NCBI GenBank assembly: GCA_002238805.1
Contig: MPNB01000005.1
Coordinates: 10,256-74,255, forward strand
Length of the DNA stretch: 64,000 bases
Direction of reading: 5' to 3'
Source of the DNA: Rhodothermaceae bacterium bin80
GTDB taxonomy: Bacteria > Bacteroidota > Rhodothermia > Rhodothermales > Bin80
Shown piece after piece: positions 1-9,384 of the stretch. Both the position numbers and the translations under genes were made by a program. Within the stretch, counting starts at the first letter, position 1. Every line of letters starts with the position of its first letter. The notes under the pieces are model-generated. The model had not been told where the DNA came from. It saw only the letters and a list, made by a program, of their open reading frames with translations, and did not search any database.

Positions 1-1
1 C

Positions 2-988
2 AATGTTCTAGCACACTTCTATTTCAGCAACCCAATCGCGATCACGGTTGAAGGTGCGAACATACTCACAAGATCACTGATCATCTTTGGTCAGGGAGCC
101 TTGCGCTGTCATCCTTGGGCTTACAAGGAAGTTTCGGCATTGGCTGCAAAAGATGTTGATCTGTTCGATCGTGCGTTCATTGGCCATATTGGACATGTAG
201 TACGCAATGCTGCACGATGTTTGCTGTTGGGGATTACCCGCGGTCATGCAGCTATGGTTCCTGGTCAAGGAATCGTGCGACAATACATTCGGCGGCTCAC
301 GTGGGCATCAACCGCGTTCGCGTTTCTGGCAGACTTGGCCATGGCTTCCCTGGGAAGTTCACTGAAACGAAAAGAGAAGATTACTGGTCGCCTTGCCGAC
401 ATCTTTTCCTGGTTGTATATAGCCTCAGCCACAATTCGTCGGTTTGAAGCCGAGGGACAGCGCAAAGAAGATATCCCATACTTCCAGTGGTCCATGGAGT
501 ATGCACTCGGCGAAATTCAACGGGCATTTGAAGGTCTGTTTGCGAATATAACCGTGCCAGGTTTCACATGGTGGATGCGTGGACCGGCGTTACTGTGGTA
601 CAGACTGAACAGCTTCGGGCGGGGCCCATCAGATCGGGTGGGCCACAAGGTTGCTCAGCTTATGCAGGTGCCAGGCCCACAGCGCAACCGAATTGCAGCA
701 GGTGTTTATTTGGGCGACGACAAAGCGCGCGGGCTGCGACGTCTGGAGCACGCACTGGATCTGGTGGCAGCCGTTCGGCCGATTGAAGCAAAAGTCTCAA
801 AGGCCGTACGTACCGGTCAGTTGGCCCGCAAACCGAAGACTACTCGGTTTGAGAGAGCCCACGCGGCTGGAATCATCACCGACGAAGAAGCAGCAAAGAT
901 CCATGAGGCAGCGGCAGCCTCATGGGAAGCAATACAGGTTGACGATTTTGACGAGGCGTCATACCTGCGTCATCACGCATCAGCATAA
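2..988 (+). CDS. acyl-CoA dehydrogenase, C-terminal part (FadE-like; 5' end lies outside the window)
   Basis: The frame is open from position 2. The translation reads ...TVEGANILTRSLIIFGQGALRCHPW... and then RLADIFSWLYIASATIRRFEAEGQRKEDIPYFQW. This is typical of long FadE-type acyl-CoA dehydrogenases with the extra C-terminal domain. Confidence 0.8.
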   Translation, partial: NVLAHFYFSNPIAITVEGANILTRSLIIFGQGALRCHPWAYKEVSALAAKDVDLFDRAFIGHIGHVVRNAARCLLLGITRGHAAMVPGQGIVRQYIRRLTWASTAFAFLADLAMASLGSSLKRKEKITGRLADIFSWLYIASATIRRFEAEGQRKEDIPYFQWSMEYALGEIQRAFEGLFANITVPGFTWWMRGPALLWYRLNSFGRGPSDRVGHKVAQLMQVPGPQRNRIAAGVYLGDDKARGLRRLEHALDLVAAVRPIEAKVSKAVRTGQLARKPKTTRFERAHAAGIITDEEAAKIHEAAAASWEAIQVDDFDEASYLRHHASA

Positions 989-1008
989 CAGAATATGAGA
1001 ATGAGTCC

Positions 1009-1470
1009 ATGACCGTAACATTACTGATTTTACTCCATGTTTTGACTGCCTCAGCTTGGTTTGGGCTAAGCATACGGTTGGGCAGTCAAGCCAAACTCGC
1101 TGCGACTGGGCAGGTAGCTGTTTCCGTCGACGGTCTGCGTACAGTCTCGCTAATGGGCATTATGCTCATAGCTACATTCGTGTTCTCAATGGTACTGCTT
1201 ATGGTTGGAGGCGGATATCCTGGGCAAATTCAATACCACGCGGCCTCAGCTTTGATTGTTGTTCTGTTGGGGATACAGTTCGTGTTCCTGCGTCCGGCCT
1301 GGAGACGATTACACACCGCCGTCGAAACTGGGAGCAAAAACACGGAATCAGAAACAAATGGTAATGAGGCATCAACCCACGCCCGTAAGGTCTCCATGTA
1401 TGCAGGCATCGGTCACCTGTTCTGGTTGATTCTATTGGTTCTCATGTTTTGGAACAGATTGATCACTTAG
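1009..1470 (+). CDS. hypothetical integral membrane protein
   Basis: 153-aa ORF with four hydrophobic helices. It starts 20 nt after the upstream stop. No family was recognised. Confidence 0.5.
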   Translation: MTVTLLILLHVLTASAWFGLSIRLGSQAKLAATGQVAVSVDGLRTVSLMGIMLIATFVFSMVLLMVGGGYPGQIQYHAASALIVVLLGIQFVFLRPAWRRLHTAVETGSKNTESETNGNEASTHARKVSMYAGIGHLFWLILLVLMFWNRLIT

Positions 1471-1551
1471 ACATATACCTACGCTGTGCACGGGGTGTCC
1501 ACCCTGCGGTGCATTTCGGTGCCCTCATGTATTACATCTAATTCAGCGTTG

Positions 1552-1746
1552 ATGGCGACTAAGCGTATGAACGAGAGTTGGCAGCAGGTCTGCAGCCAGA
1601 TAGAGTCCATTTGGAGCGAGGCGGATTTTAATGAGAGAGAGATGAAGAAGGCGCGCGGCAATATGCGCAAGATGGTCCAACTCATTCACGATAAAACCGG
1701 TGAGCCAAGGAGCGAGATCTTTCAAAAGATCAGCGCCATTATTTAA
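1552..1746 (+). CDS. small hypothetical protein
   Basis: The ATG at 1552 gives a 64-aa charged helical product (MATKRMNESWQQV...FQKISAII). There is only ORF evidence. Confidence 0.3.
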   Translation: MATKRMNESWQQVCSQIESIWSEADFNEREMKKARGNMRKMVQLIHDKTGEPRSEIFQKISAII

Positions 1747-1790
1747 GCGCGTCGCAGTGGCAGAGCCCCCAGGTTCGCCGAAAATCTGCG

Positions 1791-3779
1791 ATGGCTTGGT
1801 GCTTCCTTATTTTACTGCTCTCACAGATCCCTCCTACGGATTTGCAGGCGGCCCGTCAAGCGGTCGCTAGTCAGGAGTACGAGCGTGCGGTCCAATTACT
1901 AGACGAGTTTCTCGAATCAGACAGTAACCACATTGAAGGTCACTACCTTCGTGGGATCGCATTACGTGAACGCGGCCGGAGCCCCACACTCAAAAATCGA
2001 CTGCAGCGTCTACTGGCACGCAGTGCGGCTGATTTTGAATTCGTGGTTGCGCAGGATTCTGCATATCAGGATGTTCTTTTTCAGTACGCGATCCTTAAAC
2101 GGTATAAGGAAGACTTGGAGGGGGCAATCACCTTGGGAGAAGCCCAACTGAAGCACCAGCCAGATTTGGATTACGTACTGCCTCGTCTGTTGTCGTTTTA
2201 CTGGCGCTATGTCGTGACGACTGCGCCCGAGAAGGCAAGATTGTGGTTACGGAGTCAATCAGGTCCTCTAGCTCCGCTTTTTGTCGGTCGTGCATACGAA
2301 CGACAGGGCATGTACGATACGGCGGAAGCAATCTATACCGAAGACGAGGATACAGCGGAAACTCCTCTGCTTCTTGCGCAGGCACGATTGAGCTTTGCAC
2401 GAATGCGTCCGGAGATTGGTACAGAAACCATCGAAGAAGCGATTTCCAGCATAGACGCAAAGGTAGATGCGCTGGTCTTCTTCGAAGAAATAAAAACTAT
2501 AGCCAGTCCGGCAGAGGTAGCTGCCTTTGAGCGTATTGAAGAGCTTGAAGAGTACCGCAAGTTTTTCAGGGTGTTTTGGACCAGCCGGGATCCCATGCCG
2601 GCTGCCGCTTATAACGCACGTATGGCTGAACATTACCGTCGGCTGCGTATTGCTGAGCAGAGTTTTCTGTTCAATGGGTTCCGTTCGTGGTTCCGTAGTG
2701 CGTTCACACATGATGAGACCTATTTTCCGGTTACATACCAATTAAGCTCTGATTTCAATGATCGTGGTATCATATTCATGCGCCACGGAGAACCCGACGA
2801 CTATACCGTAGGCGAAGCCAATTCCTGGCTATACAATGACTCGCTGCTAGTTTTCCACTTTGCTCCGACCTGTATGGGCCAGGTATGTGGAGTTACAGAG
2901 CATTTTGTGCCTTCGCCTGTTGGACCAACGTTCGAGCCGGCTCTTGTAGGGCTGGATGCACTGGATGCGGAACGGAAGAGTGCAGACTATCTCGTACATG
3001 GATTGAGCACAGACCGGCATCAATGGTCATCCGATATTCGGCACTGGGAGGTGCCATATGTCGTTGGCGCATTCCGTGGGCTTGACGGACGAACCTTAGT
3101 GGAGATTTACTACGAAGTTCCATTGCACGAAACTGCGCGTGTGCGCGGCCCCGACTCGGTTGTTGTAGAAACCGGTTTCGCGATTCATACCGACGACTGG
3201 GAACGCATCAATTACGCACGGAAACAGTCGCAATATGGCCGTGGAGAGAAGCCCTTTGTCGACCGATTCCAAGTAGACTTATCCACAGATCGGTTCAATT
3301 TTTCACTTCATGCCCGTGTGCTGGATGGCGTACATCTTCGTGCGTACAGATTTGACTATCTCGTGCCCAGATATACAGATTCTGGTTTGCAGCTGAGTGA
3401 TATGCTTTTGGCAGACAGTATAGCTGTGCTTCCGGATGCGGTTGAGCGTGATGAGGTGATCCTACATGTGAATCCATCTGGACAATTCGAAAGATCTGTA
3501 GCTCCGTTCGTGTATTTCGAGATTTACAATTTGACACGGGAACCAGACGGGCAAACAAGATACCGCATTGCATACACACTCACACCTGCCGACGCAGGTC
3601 AGGAGGAGGCAATTACTTTGCAGACGAGCGAACAGCGAAGCACCGATACATCGCCCCTTTCGTATGTAGCCATTGATCTGGGGGAAGCTTCAGACGGAAG
3701 CTATACCATAGAGGTGGAAGTAGAGGACCTTGTAACTGGTATGGCAGTCAGAACCGGACGGGCGCTGCACCTGAAATAG
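1791..3779 (+). CDS. GWxTD-domain protein with N-terminal TPR-like region
   Basis: 662 aa with a signal-like N-terminus and TPR-like helices. The block FFRVFWTSRDP...YNARMAEHYRRLRIAEQSF...NDRGIIFMRHGEPD matches my recollection of the GWxTD family. Confidence 0.65.
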   Translation: MAWCFLILLLSQIPPTDLQAARQAVASQEYERAVQLLDEFLESDSNHIEGHYLRGIALRERGRSPTLKNRLQRLLARSAADFEFVVAQDSAYQDVLFQYAILKRYKEDLEGAITLGEAQLKHQPDLDYVLPRLLSFYWRYVVTTAPEKARLWLRSQSGPLAPLFVGRAYERQGMYDTAEAIYTEDEDTAETPLLLAQARLSFARMRPEIGTETIEEAISSIDAKVDALVFFEEIKTIASPAEVAAFERIEELEEYRKFFRVFWTSRDPMPAAAYNARMAEHYRRLRIAEQSFLFNGFRSWFRSAFTHDETYFPVTYQLSSDFNDRGIIFMRHGEPDDYTVGEANSWLYNDSLLVFHFAPTCMGQVCGVTEHFVPSPVGPTFEPALVGLDALDAERKSADYLVHGLSTDRHQWSSDIRHWEVPYVVGAFRGLDGRTLVEIYYEVPLHETARVRGPDSVVVETGFAIHTDDWERINYARKQSQYGRGEKPFVDRFQVDLSTDRFNFSLHARVLDGVHLRAYRFDYLVPRYTDSGLQLSDMLLADSIAVLPDAVERDEVILHVNPSGQFERSVAPFVYFEIYNLTREPDGQTRYRIAYTLTPADAGQEEAITLQTSEQRSTDTSPLSYVAIDLGEASDGSYTIEVEVEDLVTGMAVRTGRALHLK

Positions 3780-3784
3780 CAAAA

Positions 3785-4780
3785 CTATTTTTTCCGTGCA
3801 ATCACGTATTGGCTGAGTGCATGCATCGCTTGGCGGGCGTCCGAATCCGGGAAGCTCTCCAATAGGGTTTGTGCCTTTTTAACATGGTATTCCATGCGCT
3901 CCTGCGCGTAGGCGAGTCCCCCTGTGGTCTCAACAAAATCGAGAACGATTTTTCGATTATGCTGGCTTTTTTTACCCCTGCGGATAATTTTCAGCATTCG
4001 CCGGCGTTCAGCCGGATTCGCGACTTTTAGGGCGTGTATCAGAGGGAGCGTAACCAGTTTCTTTTGCAGATCAGCTCCTACGGGCTTTCCGATTCCGCCA
4101 GCTCCAAAGTCAAATAGATCATCCCGTATCTGGAAAGCCAGCCCTAACTGTTCGCCGAACTCGCACATATACCGTACACTGGTTTCGTCAGTATTTGCAC
4201 TCAGAGCACCACAGTGGGTACATGCGGCCAAAAGAGATGCTGTTTTGTCCGAAATGATCCGGTAGTATGAATCCTCATCAATATCCAGGTTTCGTGTTCG
4301 CTGCACCTGACGTAGCTCCCCTTCACTCATGCGCTGCACAGCATTGCTAAGAACACGAAGCATGTCAAAATCATCGTGTTCCAGAGCCAGTAATAGACCG
4401 CGGCTCAGAAAATAGTCGCCGAGGAGTACCGCTACTTTGTTGCCCCAGAGCGCATTGATTGAAAAGGATCCACGTCGCTTTTCAGACTCGTCCACGACAT
4501 CATCATGCACAAGCGTAGCCGTATGGAGCAGTTCTACCAGTGCAGCAGCACGGTAACTACGTTCGCTGATGCCACCACAGGTTTTTGCCGCCAAAAGCAC
4601 CAGCAGCGGTCGAACGCGCTTACCTTTTTGACGCAGGATGTACCGCAGAATCAGGTTCAGGAGCTTATGCTCCACGCGCACCGCGGCCCTGAAGTGATGA
4701 TAAAACTCCTTAATGTCATCTTCCACAACCGACTGGATATCTCGCAGCGCGATCGCAGGTTCTGCCTGGTTTGCCACCAT
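3785..4780 (-). CDS. polyprenyl diphosphate synthase (IspB-type, long chain)
   Basis: Both aspartate-rich motifs are present: LVHDDVVDESEKRRG and FQIRDDLFD. 331 aa. Confidence 0.9.
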   Translation of the reverse strand: MVANQAEPAIALRDIQSVVEDDIKEFYHHFRAAVRVEHKLLNLILRYILRQKGKRVRPLLVLLAAKTCGGISERSYRAAALVELLHTATLVHDDVVDESEKRRGSFSINALWGNKVAVLLGDYFLSRGLLLALEHDDFDMLRVLSNAVQRMSEGELRQVQRTRNLDIDEDSYYRIISDKTASLLAACTHCGALSANTDETSVRYMCEFGEQLGLAFQIRDDLFDFGAGGIGKPVGADLQKKLVTLPLIHALKVANPAERRRMLKIIRRGKKSQHNRKIVLDFVETTGGLAYAQERMEYHVKKAQTLLESFPDSDARQAMHALSQYVIARKK

Positions 4781-4833
4781 CCAGTCTGACCTGATTGCAA
4801 GACGGTCGTAAACGATAACTTATTCAATGGTGT

Positions 4834-5058
4834 TCAATTGTGGACCATTGGGGATGAGCTTTGTAGTACTCCCAGGCGTGTTCGGGGCACCGTCGCCTCT
4901 ATCTCTTCCTTGTCTAACCCATGTCGTGGCCTCAAAAGCAGAGAGATCCGAGTTGTATCCCAAAGATGCCACCCATCAGATATCTTGTGAAGAATTCGAT
5001 CCAGCCATTCATGGGCATCAGAATCGTTTGCTACGCATACGTAAATTTCTACGCGCAT
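4834..5058 (-). CDS. small ORF immediately downstream of the AAA ATPase (possible remnant of a partner gene)
   Basis: 74 aa, starting 5 nt after the ATPase stop. The N-terminus RVEIYVCVANDSDAHEWLDRIL weakly resembles the strand-plus-acidic start of Toprim/DUF4276-type partners. Only about 50 nt remain before the ispB-like gene. Confidence 0.35.
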   Translation of the reverse strand: MRVEIYVCVANDSDAHEWLDRILHKISDGWHLWDTTRISLLLRPRHGLDKEEIEATVPRTRLGVLQSSSPMVHN

Positions 5059-5063
5059 CCAAG

Positions 5064-6302
5064 TTATCTCCCCATGTTGCGTACGGAAGCACGTCGGATG
5101 GCCAATACCTCCTCATAGTCTTCACTGAAGACCCCGTCTGGCCAGCTACTCATTTCGCCACAATCGTTTATAGTAATTTTTTGCAACACAGACCCATGCT
5201 CTGGCTCGGTATTAATCCAATATACAGCTACATGATCGTGCGGTAGTCGCCCCTCTGCGATCCAGCGTCGCGCACGAAGCAAAATCATCTCCGAGTGCGT
5301 CTCAATGATCATGGGTCTGGCAGATCCTGACAGATTGCTTAGCAAAAGTTCCGCAACATGAGCATGGGCAGCTGGATGAAGCTCTGCTTCTGGATGTTCA
5401 ATGATGTCAACACCCGGCCCTGCCTGTTTTGCAGTTAGCGCTGTCACTACGACGGGAAGAACCTGCGAAAGCCCTCCACCAGATTGGCCAAGAAGTACAT
5501 CAGAGCCATGTGCCGGTGATCCCACTATTAGATCAAAGTATCTACCCTCGGTTCTAACGTTAAGACTCACTTCGAAAGCTTTGTGATACCACTCCCTAAC
5601 GGAACCTCTCAGATCATCATCTGCAACTAAAATAATCGGTGCCGCTGCTCCCTTTGCTTCATGCACACTTGAGATTGGTTCTTCTATCGTGAAACGTGAT
5701 GACGAAAAACTGCGTGGGCACTCCAAATAGCGAACACCATTGGCCCATTTTCTGATCTCTTCTGCTTGGGCATCAACCCAGTCTGGCAGCTGGTGGGGTT
5801 TCCGCGGCAACAAACCTAGCCAGTTGATCTGGTGCCTACTCGTCTCTCCTCCCGAGACAGATACTTCGTAAGGAGATTGTTGGTCGAGAACTTTTCTTCT
5901 TGCCTCAATCCGATCACTTCCGCTGCTAAAACTCCATTTGAGAATCTGGCGTTCGGATGGCTTGGACGGCCTTAACACATTCTGAACAGTCACCGATAGG
6001 GAAGATTCGCTGCCCTCATGCACAAGTACAGCAGACAGGGACAATCTACCATGTACAGAATGCCTGTTCACCAAATCCACGAAAGTTCTGCCATGGCGAA
6101 CCCCACCCGAACTCATTAATAGTGGTTCGCGGATATCATCCCCTGAAGGAGCTAAGCTGCTTGCCAATAAATGGAACGCTTGGGCTAGTGCTGTTTTACC
6201 AGAATTGTTAGCCCCTACAAGGATGGTCAGAGGGGCAATTTCAACACTTGTATCCCCACGGTAACTCTTATATCGTTTAACACTTAAACTTCGAAGTTCC
6301 AC
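5064..6302 (-). CDS. AAA-family (ABC/SMC-like, AAA_15/21 type) ATPase with DUF3696-like C-terminus
   Basis: Walker A is LTILVGANNSGKTALAQ. The signature-like block is GQSGGGLSQVLPVV and the Walker B/D-loop is VDIIEHPEAELHP. The C-terminus reads IIETHSEMILLRARRWIAEGRLPHDHVAVYWI...WPDGVF. Confidence 0.8.
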   Translation of the reverse strand: MELRSLSVKRYKSYRGDTSVEIAPLTILVGANNSGKTALAQAFHLLASSLAPSGDDIREPLLMSSGGVRHGRTFVDLVNRHSVHGRLSLSAVLVHEGSESSLSVTVQNVLRPSKPSERQILKWSFSSGSDRIEARRKVLDQQSPYEVSVSGGETSRHQINWLGLLPRKPHQLPDWVDAQAEEIRKWANGVRYLECPRSFSSSRFTIEEPISSVHEAKGAAAPIILVADDDLRGSVREWYHKAFEVSLNVRTEGRYFDLIVGSPAHGSDVLLGQSGGGLSQVLPVVVTALTAKQAGPGVDIIEHPEAELHPAAHAHVAELLLSNLSGSARPMIIETHSEMILLRARRWIAEGRLPHDHVAVYWINTEPEHGSVLQKITINDCGEMSSWPDGVFSEDYEEVLAIRRASVRNMGR

Positions 6303-6733
6303 GGCTTTGCACGCTGGCAGCTTGGGTCACCTTGGAGACGATATTTCGCCAATATCGTTCCGTATTCCCATTCTATTCGGCTCTCAAAGATCAGCCCTAT
6401 CTGAGACCATAACAACATTCAGAGAATCTCTGATCAAGCATTGCTGGCCACCAAATCCACACAGATGAGAGTGTTTTGTAAGTATCCGTCCGAGAACACC
6501 AAGATAGCACCCACTTTTTCATTAGACCTATAAAGAGAAGCGAAACTTTGGGCATAGGATTATAGCGGATTGTGCCGAATTACTCCGTGATGTATCTTGG
6601 ATCGGAATCACGCCCTATCTCGTGGATGGCACATATCACAACGAAGGGCGAAGGGTCGGAAAAAGATTGCTGCTTCCCTGAACATTTCTCAGTACGAAGT
6701 ATACGACAATAATAATACCCTTACGCTGCAACA

Positions 6734-7567
6734 GTGGAAAAATCAGTTCAAATATCCATCAGTCCAAAAAAATCAGGACTTGGAATGCTGACAATTCAAG
6801 ATGCCATGGAGCAAGTACGGGATTTCTTTGATTTGCTATCTGATGAAAATAATCAGCATGTAAAGTGGATACTAGAACATGCCCAATTCAATTCGCCTCT
6901 CGTAATTACAGCAAAGCCAATTGATACCCAAACCAATGAGTCGGCCTATGAGGCTATCAACTCCACTGTTAGGGATATCGTTTCGGCGATTACGAATCTT
7001 TCTTCCCCGCAACCTCATCCAGTCAATCTCTCCGGCCGGAAGCTTAAGAAGATTACACAGCTATTACAAAGAAACACTAACGGGATAGAGCGAACCGAGT
7101 GTGATTTTGGAAATGGGATTGAGCAAGTGGTTATTGATCAAGATTTTGCCGAGGTAGGCCTTAAACTGTTGACTCAAAAAAGTGATTTGGGTGACCTACT
7201 TGCGACTTTTCCAGTACAGGGATATGGCTCAATCGCTGGATCTCTCGTTCAGTTGGGTACGCACTACAACAAGCCCGCGATTCAAGTTGAGGAGTTTAAT
7301 ACTGGAAACAAAATATGGTGCCAAGTAGATCAGCTTACGCTAACAAAGTTGAACGAAAAATTACGTGTCAAAGACTTTTGGGAACATCGAGAGGTCCGTG
7401 TACAGGGCATGTTAGATTTCGATGGTATCGGAAAACTTACTCGTATAATTGATGGTACGGTTTCTTACTTGAATCGTAGGCAAGTGCCTCTTGATGAGTT
7501 GCATGACCCTGGCTTTTCTGAAGGACATTCATCTGAAGAATACTTAGAACGGTTGAGGGAAGATTAG
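6734..7567 (+). CDS. uncharacterised 277-aa protein, partner of PIN nuclease (cassette 1)
   Basis: The GTG start at 6734 is supported by N-terminal alignment to its paralogue at 8527-9384. The stop TAG directly abuts the PIN start. No family was recognised. Confidence 0.7.
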   Translation: MEKSVQISISPKKSGLGMLTIQDAMEQVRDFFDLLSDENNQHVKWILEHAQFNSPLVITAKPIDTQTNESAYEAINSTVRDIVSAITNLSSPQPHPVNLSGRKLKKITQLLQRNTNGIERTECDFGNGIEQVVIDQDFAEVGLKLLTQKSDLGDLLATFPVQGYGSIAGSLVQLGTHYNKPAIQVEEFNTGNKIWCQVDQLTLTKLNEKLRVKDFWEHREVRVQGMLDFDGIGKLTRIIDGTVSYLNRRQVPLDELHDPGFSEGHSSEEYLERLRED

Positions 7568-8104
7568 GTGGAGCGCTTACGTAAATACTATTGGGATGCT
7601 TGCGTATGGATTGATCTGATTACCCAATCTGACGAGGACAGATTTAAGAGATGCCTCCATGTACTTTCAGAAGTTGAGAAGCATAAAGCCGAGTTGTGGA
7701 CATCGGCATTTACCTTAGCCGAAGTCTATAAACGCAAATGTGACGGTGACACTGCATCAATGCCCGAAGACCAAGATGATACGTTTGAATCATACTTTGA
7801 ATCAGGCTTGGTTAAACCTATTCTTGTAGACGTGCAGGTAGCAAAAGTATCAAGACGACTTTGTAGAAAATATCCTGGATTACGAAAACCGCAAGATGCA
7901 ATTCATGTAGCGTCTTGCGTTATTGGAAACATTGATGAATTAGGGAACTATATACTTAATTGTACCAATACAGAACGTTTTCCCGATATTGTTTGCAGTA
8001 TAAGCTACGATTGGCTCTTTTTGATCAATCGAATTTTGGGGAGGTTCCCTGGATATCAAACAGATCCTTTGGGTTCGGGAGTTGGGGTGGCTCGCAGATG
8101 CTAA
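7568..8104 (+). CDS. PIN-domain protein (cassette 1), with aberrant C-terminal region and possibly inactive
   Basis: KYYWDACVWIDLI (Asp), FTLAEVYK (Glu) and KPQDAIHVASC (Asp) are present. The HTFD motif of the paralogue is GNYI here. The ORF reads on into the antisense of the paralogue's 3' end. Confidence 0.6.
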   Translation: MERLRKYYWDACVWIDLITQSDEDRFKRCLHVLSEVEKHKAELWTSAFTLAEVYKRKCDGDTASMPEDQDDTFESYFESGLVKPILVDVQVAKVSRRLCRKYPGLRKPQDAIHVASCVIGNIDELGNYILNCTNTERFPDIVCSISYDWLFLINRILGRFPGYQTDPLGSGVGVARRC

Positions 8105-8546
8105 GCCTTTTTCCGTTGAAGCATATCAAATGATCGTCGAAACGTGTTAAATGGTTTGAGTCAAATGTGTGTAGTACATCCACGTCATAAACCAAGCACG
8201 AGGCGACATGCACTGCATCTTGGGGCTTCTTCAATTTGGGATACTCCCTGAGCAGTCGCCGTGCTACCATACCCACGTTTTGAGTTACCTGAAGCACCTC
8301 GACATTATTTCTTAAGTAATCTTCAAAGTCTTGGTCTTTGTTCTCTGGAAGCTGTACTCTGTCCCCATGGCATTTCACTTTATAAACCTCTGCCAGCGTG
8401 AACGCAGAAGTGTAAAGTTCTGCGTTCTTGTTGCCAACAAGATTTATTACATGTAAGCAGCGATCCACTCTGTCTTGATTCTCTCTATTAATGAGATCAA
8501 TCCAAAGGCACGCATCCCAATAGTACTTAATAGGCTGATCCGCCAT
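8025..8546 (-). CDS. PIN-domain nuclease (cassette 2)
   Basis: The ATG at 8546 gives MADQPIKYYWDACLWIDLI. All four acidic positions are present: YYWD, TLAEV, PQDAVH and LHTFD. It overlaps the upstream gene by 20 nt. Confidence 0.8.
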   Translation of the reverse strand: MADQPIKYYWDACLWIDLINRENQDRVDRCLHVINLVGNKNAELYTSAFTLAEVYKVKCHGDRVQLPENKDQDFEDYLRNNVEVLQVTQNVGMVARRLLREYPKLKKPQDAVHVASCLVYDVDVLHTFDSNHLTRFDDHLICFNGKRLSICEPPQLPNPKDLFDIQGTSPKFD

Positions 8547-9384
8547 AATCACCCTCACGGAGTTTGTCTAAGTACTCTCTGGCGGATAAGCCTCCTGTAA
8601 AGTCTGGGTCAAAAAGATCTTCAAGAGAAACGTCACTTTCTTCGACTATTTCCACATAACCATCTATCACCTTCTCCAAATTCCCGTCTTTCTTATAGAA
8701 TATCTTGCCCTGAACACTTACGCGCTTTTCGCTCCATACGACACAGGCACTCATTTTTTCCCATTTCTGCAATTCTGCGGCAGCCAATTGGCACCAAATA
8801 GACCTTTTAAGATTGCTAGCCCAAATTTTCACTGACGGCCGATTATCGTGCGTGCCTATGTTCATGAGCGTACCCTCAACAGATCCCAATTCTGTCCGTT
8901 TTCGGTTTTCATACATGCAGCTGTAAATAGGGTCGGGTGGCAACGCCAGTATGCGCAGACTACTTTTTGCGCTTTCGGGCTTGATCTCTAGGGACTGTCC
9001 AATGTGCGGTAGTCCGCAAGTCGTGCTGGCAATGCCATTCAGGTTTCTTTCTAGCATTCTCTTGGTCGCGTCACGGACGACTTTGGGTGTATCTGGATTC
9101 CATGTTTGCCCAGACGAAATGTCGCGGTAAAGGGTGTGGAAGGCACGGGCATTCGGCTCCACGATATCATAATCAATGTCTAACGTTGTTGCGTTATGAG
9201 GCACGCACTCCATGGTTAACGGATTCTGCCTAGCGACTGTCTTAATGTTAAACAAGACCTTCTTGTTGTTTCCCCCCTTGAGTATTTTGAAGAAATCCGC
9301 TGCTTGGTCAAGTGCATCGTGAACATCAAGTACGCCTTTCCGGCCTGTAGACGCCTCAACCGAAATTCTAAAAGGTTCGTTCAT
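8527..9384 (-). CDS. uncharacterised 285-aa protein, partner of PIN nuclease (cassette 2)
   Basis: The ATG at 9384 (MNEPFRISVEAS...) aligns with the N-terminus of the 6734-7567 product. Several blocks are shared (see findings). Confidence 0.7.
   Translation of the reverse strand: MNEPFRISVEASTGRKGVLDVHDALDQAADFFKILKGGNNKKVLFNIKTVARQNPLTMECVPHNATTLDIDYDIVEPNARAFHTLYRDISSGQTWNPDTPKVVRDATKRMLERNLNGIASTTCGLPHIGQSLEIKPESAKSSLRILALPPDPIYSCMYENRKRTELGSVEGTLMNIGTHDNRPSVKIWASNLKRSIWCQLAAAELQKWEKMSACVVWSEKRVSVQGKIFYKKDGNLEKVIDGYVEIVEESDVSLEDLFDPDFTGGLSAREYLDKLREGDYGGSAY

Noticed and set aside
4827-5246. 139-aa + strand ORF overlapping the ATPase 3' end and the 74-aa ORF
   Set aside because: It has no recognisable motifs and lies antisense to a well-supported gene.
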